From a virus (Duplodnaviria > Caudoviricetes), in the IMG/VR virus record IMGVR_UViG_3300020460_000012: a DNA stretch of 64,000 nt; one strand, written 5' to 3'. The notes under the pieces were generated by a model. It did no database searches and was not told where the DNA came from. It saw only the letters and a list, made by a program, of their open reading frames with translations. Positions within the stretch are counted from its first letter, which is position 1. Every line of letters begins with the position of its first letter. Positions 57,977 to 64,000 of this stretch are shown piece after piece. The position numbers were made by a program, and so were the translations under genes.

Positions 57977-58004
57977 AGTATAGCACCTTTTACATAAATG
58001 TCAA
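57977..58004 (-). promoter_or_regulatory. sigma70 promoter (repeat copy B)
   Basis: TTGACA-16 nt-TATACT with an extended TG. Confidence 0.8.
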
Positions 58005-58023
58005 CCGGAAAATACGTTTTTTT

Positions 58024-58686
58024 TTAAAAAAGATTAGAAATTTCTTGTGCAGATTTTGTATTAAAATCAATGCCAACATTAATTCGTAAGCTATTAGGAT
58101 TATCTTTTTGGACACTATGCCATTCAAAATGGTTAAAAATTAACCATTTATCTTCTACTAATTCAGCTTGGTCTGCTACTTCTAGCTTCCTTACATCAGG
58201 AATTCTGTATTCGTCAATAACCTTAAAATCTTCTGTATTCTTCCACCAAGTAGTTTTTTCTTTGTCTCCTTTTAGTAATCTAAATATGCTAGCCTTTCTA
58301 TAATGTCCTTTATGCGGATAAAGCATGGTGCCGCCAGTGCTTACTTGTAAAATAGGTTCCATTTCGTCTCTACCTAGATCTTTAATACAATCTGGTAGGC
58401 TATCTATTAATTCGTCAGCTAAGTCATCTGGTAAACTGTATTGGCTAAATTCCAATCTTGTAGCACCCGGAAACTTACGAAGCATTAATAGTTTCCTTCT
58501 CATTAGTTCTTTAGCATCTCTAACACCGACTATTTGCTCCATTTCTTTTATGGTACTGCTATGACTTAATCGTCTCCATGCTGGATTTCTTAGAATAAAT
58601 TTATCTAAAGGTGTATTTTTGATCTTTTCACATATGTCGGTTGAAAATTCATTTTCAATATATTTGTAATACATACTATCGCTCAT
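58024..58686 (-). CDS. 2OG-Fe(II) oxygenase-like protein with non-canonical HxGH motif, 220 aa
   Basis: PHKGH, FNHFEWHSV and RINVGIDF. Confidence 0.5.
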   Translation of the reverse strand: MSDSMYYKYIENEFSTDICEKIKNTPLDKFILRNPAWRRLSHSSTIKEMEQIVGVRDAKELMRRKLLMLRKFPGATRLEFSQYSLPDDLADELIDSLPDCIKDLGRDEMEPILQVSTGGTMLYPHKGHYRKASIFRLLKGDKEKTTWWKNTEDFKVIDEYRIPDVRKLEVADQAELVEDKWLIFNHFEWHSVQKDNPNSLRINVGIDFNTKSAQEISNLF

Positions 58687-59260
58687 ATTGTATATTGAAG
58701 CTAATACTAATTCTTTCGTGGTCTGTTGTATTTGTATATGTACCGTGTTCTAATACTCCAGGCCATAAACCTATCAAACCTTCTTTAGCTTGTATTTGTT
58801 GATCTCCATTTATACAACCATATATAAAATTTGGAGTTAGTAGTTGTAATGGAGTTTGGAAATAAATGTTGCCGTCACGTTCGTTGGTTTGTAAATAGTA
58901 TACACCAGCTATATCATTTGCACCATGATCATGCCTATGTGCATATTGTCCTTTACATGTTTTTGTAAACCAACTTTGTGTAATGTGATATTTTCTTTCA
59001 AACTGAAATCCAATTTGGTCTAAGTAATTGTTGAGGCTTTTATCTAAAAAATTTAAAAATAATTTACAATCCATATCTGTAAGGATATCTCTGGTAAATG
59101 GGTCTTCGCTTAGATAGTGCGTATCTTTACCCCAACCTTTCTTTCTAGAAAATTTTAATTTTTGGTATGTTAAAAATAATTCATTTTGAATGGCTTTAAA
59201 TTTCTCGCCATGCACTTGATCCCAATACATAGGAGTAGGAAAATGGCCCTGTGTTGGCAT
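58676..59260 (-). CDS. Putative 2OG-Fe(II) oxygenase (TIGR02466-like), 194 aa
   Basis: SWF...HRHDH...AGVYYL...WPGVLEHG...ERISISFNI. Confidence 0.8.
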   Translation of the reverse strand: MPTQGHFPTPMYWDQVHGEKFKAIQNELFLTYQKLKFSRKKGWGKDTHYLSEDPFTRDILTDMDCKLFLNFLDKSLNNYLDQIGFQFERKYHITQSWFTKTCKGQYAHRHDHGANDIAGVYYLQTNERDGNIYFQTPLQLLTPNFIYGCINGDQQIQAKEGLIGLWPGVLEHGTYTNTTDHERISISFNIQYER

Positions 59261-59766
59261 TATATCTCCTCTAAGCTTGGTAGTTGTCCTGTTATTTGTA
59301 ATGTATAACGGTCCGTAAGACCTATATTAGCCGCACTATGCCGACAAAAAGCATCAAATAACACAAATTCTCCTCGCTTGTAATTTACTATTGCCCTATG
59401 TTCTATATCAAAATAATGCCCCGGCTCCCAGTCTTGTAATACAATTACTGCTCGCCAAACCTTAGATTTTTCAACATTAAATAATTTTTGGTATGTTAAA
59501 AAGTGGTCTACATGTCTTGGCATAATATCTCCTGTGGACATTTTATAAAATGTAAATCCACAATTTGATAGACCTATTTTTTGTGCAATAGTGTTAAGCC
59601 ATTCAAAGTTTTCTTTGACTACACACATTTCGCCAGTAAAACTATCATGTTTATAACCTTGGCGTTTCCATTCTGTTATATCATCTGCATACGCAGATTG
59701 TTTTTTATAATTTAATTTTTTATACTCATCATTTACGGGAAGATCTACTTGTCCTTGAAACCACAT
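59260..59766 (-). CDS. 2OG-Fe(II) oxygenase-like protein, 168 aa
   Basis: PRHVD, RHSAAN and RYTLQITG. Confidence 0.6.
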   Translation of the reverse strand: MWFQGQVDLPVNDEYKKLNYKKQSAYADDITEWKRQGYKHDSFTGEMCVVKENFEWLNTIAQKIGLSNCGFTFYKMSTGDIMPRHVDHFLTYQKLFNVEKSKVWRAVIVLQDWEPGHYFDIEHRAIVNYKRGEFVLFDAFCRHSAANIGLTDRYTLQITGQLPSLEEI

Positions 59767-59768
59767 TA

Positions 59769-60155
59769 TTAACCTTTCTCTGTTGTTCTTGACATTGCCT
59801 TTGTTAAACCATATTTTCTTAAGTCTCCTGAAAAAAGACTAAGTTCGACTGCTTTCTTTTCGTTTGTAACAACAATAGATCTTGGTCCAATATAGTAAGG
59901 ACAATCTATAAACTTATCTAAGAATATTATTACCTGTGTAGTCAAAGGCATATCTTTTGGGTAAGGTACATCATATGTTGCTAAATCGATTTCATTAATT
60001 ACGTCAAATCCAGCTTCTGTTAATCTAAGTCCTCCTTGGCCTTTATCCCTTGTGTTTTTCCACCACAAAGGCATAAATTCTTTAATTGATACTTCGTTTG
60101 CACTTTTACCTTGTTCTTTTAAAAAGATTTTGGTATATGCTTCTTTCCAGTTCAT
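59769..60155 (-). CDS. Hypothetical protein, 128 aa
   Basis: ATGA overlap with the upstream gene. Confidence 0.75.
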   Translation of the reverse strand: MNWKEAYTKIFLKEQGKSANEVSIKEFMPLWWKNTRDKGQGGLRLTEAGFDVINEIDLATYDVPYPKDMPLTTQVIIFLDKFIDCPYYIGPRSIVVTNEKKAVELSLFSGDLRKYGLTKAMSRTTEKG

Positions 60156-60442
60156 TCCTCTGTAACTACTTCGCCATCGGTAAGTTTGTACACTGCAAAT
60201 GCTTCGCTGTCGAACATATCATTTAGTTTTTTAGCTAGATTGTGTGCATGTCCTGGATTTGAAAAAGAAACTTTCTTATACTTTGGGCCAGGGTAATTTG
60301 TTAGCATATTTGCACTTTTTAAATTAAATGGCTTTTCTTGATAAAACACAGCCCAAATAGCTTCAGCTTCTAATACTTGATCTGCCTTATAATTGTCGTT
60401 ATTAATATGCTCTAGAATTACTGTTGGTTTCGGTCTGCTCAT
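60152..60442 (-). CDS. Hypothetical protein, 96 aa
   Basis: AGAAGGA RBS and an upstream late-like promoter. Confidence 0.8.
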   Translation of the reverse strand: MSRPKPTVILEHINNDNYKADQVLEAEAIWAVFYQEKPFNLKSANMLTNYPGPKYKKVSFSNPGHAHNLAKKLNDMFDSEAFAVYKLTDGEVVTEE

Positions 60443-60477
60443 ATACGTATCCTTCTATTAACTACGTATATATTTAT
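60441..60477 (-). promoter_or_regulatory. Late-like promoter ATAAATA overlapping a 9-bp hairpin that encloses the RBS and start codon
   Basis: ATATACGTA (arms at 60441-49 and 60463-71) with a 13-nt loop containing AGAAGGA. TAAATA at 60471-76. Confidence 0.5.
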
Positions 60478-60500
60478 CTCTTTTTACATTAACTGCATAC

Positions 60501-60743
60501 TTATTTCCAGCCTGCACCTCCATCTACATTAACTTCTATTACTTCATCTGACTTAGTGCTTTCTGCAACTAATTTTTCAAGATCTCCTTCAAGTCTTGAC
60601 ATAACTATACCCAATGTAAATGCTAAATTTTTAGCAGTAGCAATATCTATATTAACATTTCTAGCTTGACTTTGGTCAGCACTTTTTACTGTTTGAATAA
60701 ATTGCTGAATAGGTATAGTGTTTAGTGTATTATCTATTGGCAA
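60501..60743 (-). CDS. Hypothetical protein, 80 aa
   Basis: AGGAG RBS. Overlaps the upstream gene. Confidence 0.75.
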   Translation of the reverse strand: MPIDNTLNTIPIQQFIQTVKSADQSQARNVNIDIATAKNLAFTLGIVMSRLEGDLEKLVAESTKSDEVIEVNVDGGAGWK

Positions 60744-61197
60744 TTGACAACTCCTGCCTCATCTCAACATCAGTTTTAAAAGGCCCTTTTGATTCATATC
60801 GTTCTATTGTTACTAGCTTAGGACAAAAACTTTTGACCCAACCCTTGTCGAAATGTATAATATAATATCCTGCACAATATAAACTATTAGATTTTGACGA
60901 TTTTGTAAAAAGAGGTAATTTACGTTTTACATCATACATAGTGTTGTATGGTGTTACACTTGTAGGAAAGCCATGCACGATTTTTTCAGAATTTTTAATT
61001 TTTTTCGGTACATCGTTATCCCAAGTAATAGTTCCTAATTTTTTGCTTATTTGTCTTTGATTGTCAAAAAAGCATGTTTCATCATTACAAGAATAAAGAT
61101 ACCTATCATCATTATAGCTTAGTGTGCCTACCTTTTGCCCATTATCCTCAACAATCCAAAATTTATTTTTTAAAACTGTACTAATTTTTATTGTCAT
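60730..61197 (-). CDS. Hypothetical protein
   Basis: ATG at 61197 in an ATGA overlap with the exonuclease gene is preferred over the track start at 61275. Confidence 0.75.
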   Translation of the reverse strand: MTIKISTVLKNKFWIVEDNGQKVGTLSYNDDRYLYSCNDETCFFDNQRQISKKLGTITWDNDVPKKIKNSEKIVHGFPTSVTPYNTMYDVKRKLPLFTKSSKSNSLYCAGYYIIHFDKGWVKSFCPKLVTIERYESKGPFKTDVEMRQELSIANR

Positions 61198-62180
61198 GCA
61201 GGGTACCTCGCTTGTAATGGTTGGGCATAATGAGAAGCCTGGTCTGCAATTTTCTGCATATCCCATTTTGCACAAAATTTCATAAGACGCATACCAACTT
61301 GTGAAATTTCTTTAGGAGTCATCGACTCTTCTATCACATCATTTATAATACTACGAATGTTACCAGGTTGTGCAGACAAATCACATAATATTACATTTCT
61401 ATTGTAATCATCTAATACACGATGTTCTACACCTTCATGATCTACCCAACGTTGTAGCATCATATTATTCCAGTTAAACCCTTTTGTATCTTTATCAGCA
61501 AATGCTTCTATAAGGCCGACTTTGTTCTTAGTGCCTTTTTTACGTACACCAGGATAAGCAGAAAAGACGTTATCGCTTGTGTCACCACGCATACATTTTT
61601 CAAATAACATAAATGCAGGATCTGGAGCAGGCTTTGCTTCTTTAGTTTTTTTATCAATTACAGGAGCACCTTTGTCTGTAAAATAACCTTCATGTGTAAT
61701 TGTTGTATTACTTACACCGTTATACTGTTTTACATTAGGTGCAATAAGTTGTGCAAAGTCACCATCAGTAGATATAATAACATGATTGTCACGCGGATGA
61801 GATTGTATCCAACCTGCAATAAGATCATCAGCTTCTAGCTGGGAATGTTGCATAACTGTGCAATTTGTTTTATCTGTAACAAAGTTTTTAAATTCGTCGA
61901 ATACTTCCCAAAAAAGGGTATCTTCTTCAGCCTCTTTAGCAGTAAGAGCATCACGTGCTACTTGCCTATTTCTTTTGTAAGGCTCATAAAAATCCTTACG
62001 CCAACTACGACCTTCTAGACAAAAAACAACATGATCTGCATCAAAGTCTTGCCATGCCTTTTTAATACTATTAAGAGTAATATGGAGAGCCATACCTACT
62101 TTAGTATCAAGATCACCACGGACTACGTGTCTAGCACGAAAGAATGTATTTGCAGTATCAACTAGTACATATGTACTCAT
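61194..62180 (-). CDS. 5'-3' exonuclease / T4 RNase H-like (FEN/PIN fold), 328 aa
   Basis: LVDTAN, EGRSWRK...YK.NR, EADDLIA, STDGDF and GDTSDNV. Confidence 0.9.
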   Translation of the reverse strand: MSTYVLVDTANTFFRARHVVRGDLDTKVGMALHITLNSIKKAWQDFDADHVVFCLEGRSWRKDFYEPYKRNRQVARDALTAKEAEEDTLFWEVFDEFKNFVTDKTNCTVMQHSQLEADDLIAGWIQSHPRDNHVIISTDGDFAQLIAPNVKQYNGVSNTTITHEGYFTDKGAPVIDKKTKEAKPAPDPAFMLFEKCMRGDTSDNVFSAYPGVRKKGTKNKVGLIEAFADKDTKGFNWNNMMLQRWVDHEGVEHRVLDDYNRNVILCDLSAQPGNIRSIINDVIEESMTPKEISQVGMRLMKFCAKWDMQKIADQASHYAQPLQARYPA

Positions 62181-62209
62181 AAGTCAGTCCTTTACTAAAA
62201 TTATAGTTT

Positions 62210-62238
62210 ATTATAACATATGAATAAATCTTTGTCAA
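62210..62238 (-). promoter_or_regulatory. sigma70 promoter
   Basis: TTGACA-17 nt-TATAAT with an extended TG, upstream of an AAAGGA RBS. Confidence 0.8.
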
Positions 62239-62239
62239 C

Positions 62240-62971
62240 TCAAAGTTTGAAATATTCTGTGTTATTATCAGAATCATGTTCTTTTTTTAAGTCTGGCTTT
62301 TTAAAGAACTTTTCTGGATCAATAAAGGTCCTATGCTCCAAATGTTCTAGACATCCGAAGTATGGAGGCATATACAAGTATATGTCCATTGCTAAACTTA
62401 CTCTTGGTTCTTCTCCCTCATATACTGGAACAAAATGTTCTACATATCCAGGAAAAAATGTTAAGCCTCCTTTTACATTTGGTAATGACACAGCCATTTC
62501 CATATGTTCATAAACTGTGCTACTATCTTTATAGTCGTCCAAATGCATATTTGCACTTAGATAAGTAGATTCTCCCGCACAATGTCGGTGTGTATCAATT
62601 TTATCACCTTTACGTAATATATTATACCAACAAGTAAAATGTAAATGATAGGGCTGGGTTTTATCTTGGAATATAAATTCTGCCCATTGAAATCTTATAA
62701 ATTCAAGCAAATCTTTCAATTCAGGACATTCATCTGCAAAGTCAAATACATGATATCTACCATATCTAGTAGTAACTTTATCTTCATCTAATCCTGTTCT
62801 TCCTTGTCCTTGCCACGGAAGTTTTAGGACTTCTTCTTCTTTTCCTATTAAGAAATTTCTTATTGTATCTATTTTATCTTTCTGATCCCACTGTGCAAAT
62901 CCTAGTGGTGCGTCCCATGAAGGAGCATAAGGGGTTACAGGCTGTTGGCTCTTTAACCTTGTAATGTGCAT
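62240..62971 (-). CDS. Putative 2OG-Fe(II) oxygenase (TIGR02466-like), 243 aa
   Basis: CWYN...THRH...LSANM...FFPGYVEHFV...PRVSLAMD. Confidence 0.75.
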   Translation of the reverse strand: MHITRLKSQQPVTPYAPSWDAPLGFAQWDQKDKIDTIRNFLIGKEEEVLKLPWQGQGRTGLDEDKVTTRYGRYHVFDFADECPELKDLLEFIRFQWAEFIFQDKTQPYHLHFTCWYNILRKGDKIDTHRHCAGESTYLSANMHLDDYKDSSTVYEHMEMAVSLPNVKGGLTFFPGYVEHFVPVYEGEEPRVSLAMDIYLYMPPYFGCLEHLEHRTFIDPEKFFKKPDLKKEHDSDNNTEYFKL

Positions 62972-63378
62972 TAAGACACCTCAGACTTTCCCTTGTCAAT
63001 AGGTACAACATTTATGTATCCCATATCTCTGTCTGTAGATTGTCCTTCTTCTTCTAGCATTTGTATAACAATGCTTCTAAACCAAGCATCAACAATAGCT
63101 TCATTTGTTTCGCCACTGTATCCTGCGTCAAGTAGTTCTTCAATAAATTGATTGTTCCAATCAAGTTCGAAGAATCCGTTTTTAATATTTTCAGGATTTA
63201 CCTGCGTATCGAGTACTGCTACCCAAGCTTTGCCCGCTTTAGTTGCTTCTTGTTTTTCTTTTTCAAGAACTGCTCTTCTTTCATCTTCTGAAGAAACTGG
63301 CACAACTTCTGGTTCGGGTTTCTTTCCTAACGTTTTGTTTACAAAATCTGCAAACCAAGATTTTTCATTTTTTGTCAT
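62971..63378 (-). CDS. Hypothetical protein
   Basis: ATG at 63378 after AGGAG, in an ATGA overlap. Motif GFFELDWN. Confidence 0.75.
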   Translation of the reverse strand: MTKNEKSWFADFVNKTLGKKPEPEVVPVSSEDERRAVLEKEKQEATKAGKAWVAVLDTQVNPENIKNGFFELDWNNQFIEELLDAGYSGETNEAIVDAWFRSIVIQMLEEEGQSTDRDMGYINVVPIDKGKSEVS

Positions 63379-63620
63379 ACAGTTATCTCCTCCTTCCTTA
63401 CTTTTGATGCCCACCATTTGTCAAGTATAAAATACCAAACTGAATTGGCAATCGGTTCAACAATAGCGTCTGTAGCCGCTACTGATAAAGGTACATCTGC
63501 AATTAACATCAAGCAAGTAATTGCAATTATAAAATGTCCTATGGTGTATATTACTGTTCTTGTTAAAGAACCTTTGCTTTCTCTAATTACATTCCATATT
63601 CCTACTGTTAGTTCTGTCAT
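63375..63620 (-). CDS. Small membrane protein, DUF2061-like, 81 aa
   Basis: ES...RTVIYTIGH, two hydrophobic helices, and WYFILDKWW. Confidence 0.6.
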   Translation of the reverse strand: MTELTVGIWNVIRESKGSLTRTVIYTIGHFIIAITCLMLIADVPLSVAATDAIVEPIANSVWYFILDKWWASKVRKEEITV

Positions 63621-63730
63621 ACTAACCCCTTTCTTCTAAGCTTTTCGATATCAATAGGCGCCTTCATAGCCTTATCGAGTTGCTCTTTGCCTTTGTCTTT
63701 TTCTTTGACTTTATCAAGTACCCCACGCAT
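63617..63730 (-). CDS. Small basic protein, 37 aa, overlapping the queE 3' end
   Basis: MRGVLDK...RRKGLV. Fills the gap after queE, and its TGA overlaps the next ATG. Confidence 0.45.
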   Translation of the reverse strand: MRGVLDKVKEKDKGKEQLDKAMKAPIDIEKLRRKGLV

Positions 63731-64000
63731 TTCCGAATAAGGATATGTGGAGTCTTGGCGTAAATCTCCATCCTCTTTCCATACACGCCTCCGCAACTTC
63801 TTGAACATTGAGATTATACTCTTCAGAGCGTCCCCCCAACGGCATAAGATATACCGGACAGTTGATCCCGGCGCTACGATACTCTTCGACAGCTCTAGTA
63901 ACTTCATCAAAGTCATCTTGAGTAGCAACCACAAACTTAAGATAAAGATCACTACCATCCACATTGTAATACTGACTAGCAATGTCAGGCTTAATAGCAG
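63714..64000 (-). CDS. queE: 7-carboxy-7-deazaguanine synthase (radical SAM), C-terminal part; 5' end beyond the window
   Basis: The frame is open to the window edge (AIKPDIASQYYNVDGSDLYLKFVV). It has VYLMP and the QueE-type terminus WRFTPRLHISLFGNAWGT. The CxxxCxxC motif is not in the window. Confidence 0.75.
   Translation of the reverse strand, partial: AIKPDIASQYYNVDGSDLYLKFVVATQDDFDEVTRAVEEYRSAGINCPVYLMPLGGRSEEYNLNVQEVAEACMERGWRFTPRLHISLFGNAWGT

Noticed and set aside
57951-57986. AGTGCTAA (CIRCE half-site) and a short GTGCTA/TAGCAC inverted repeat in the MoxR leader
   Set aside because: The other CIRCE half is absent at the 9-nt spacing, and the 6-bp repeat is not significant.
62164-62177. 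Perfect 14-bp palindrome AGTACATATGTACT just after the exonuclease start codon
   Set aside because: Several palindromes of this length are expected by chance in 64 kb of AT-rich DNA, and no second copy supports an operator.
36232-63417. Longer upstream starts given in the ORF track (36232, 44379, 45711, 51101, 51867, 57934, 61275, 63417)
   Set aside because: They overlap neighbouring genes extensively or lack an RBS. Downstream starts fit SD sites or ATGA/TAATG coupling better.
63731-63982. 5' two-thirds of the track ORF 63617-63982 (121 aa)
   Set aside because: It overlaps the queE frame, which carries the recognisable motifs. Only the last 37 codons from ATG 63730 are plausible.
1-64000. 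Stop-codon reassignment, as seen in some large phages
   Set aside because: The standard code gives near-complete coding density, with TAA, TAG and TGA all ending genes at coupled junctions.
1-64000. Eukaryotic giant virus or bacterial chromosomal polysaccharide locus
   Set aside because: Tail-collar and fibre genes, SD sites, sigma70 and T4-late-like promoters and a T4-RNase-H-like gene indicate a tailed phage. No wzx, wzy or ABC exporter, and no housekeeping context, is present.
1-64000. tRNA, rRNA, CRISPR array, intein, intron or transposase
   Set aside because: Intergenic gaps are mostly under 120 nt with no cloverleaf or repeat-spacer pattern. I saw no intein splice motifs or homing-endonuclease ORFs. 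A tRNAscan/Infernal run would be the definitive check.

Overview
This is a gene-dense, AT-rich 64-kb segment of a large tailed dsDNA bacteriophage genome, most like a jumbo myovirus, read in the standard genetic code. It has Shine-Dalgarno sites, host sigma70-type promoters and T4-late-like TAAATA motifs. Layout: (1) 1-20.2 kb, + strand, virion structural genes: a 5'-truncated giant protein of more than 4,060 aa (baseplate-wedge-like), three paralogous tail-fibre genes and two paralogous structural genes. (2) 20.3-43.8 kb, + strand, a tightly coupled run of 25 genes: glycosyltransferase-like, twitch radical SAM, SGNH-like, sugar-nucleotide, 2OG-Fe(II) oxygenase, desaturase and B12-radical SAM. 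(3) 43.8-52.1 kb, mixed strands: more oxygenases, a PP-loop protein, an EctD-like hydroxylase, and a sigma70-driven panD-tauD-radical SAM-hypothetical-ATP-grasp operon. (4) 52.1-64 kb, - strand: an orphan tail-fibre-like gene, small hypothetical genes, a MoxR AAA+ / HExxH-vWA pair, a 5'-3' exonuclease and the 3' end of queE. I found no tRNA, rRNA, CRISPR array, integrase or transposase. The best leads are the panD/ATP-grasp operon, the repeated radical SAM-GT-SGNH cassettes and a strong window-wide avoidance of GCWGC. All product calls come from motifs read by eye; no database search was run.
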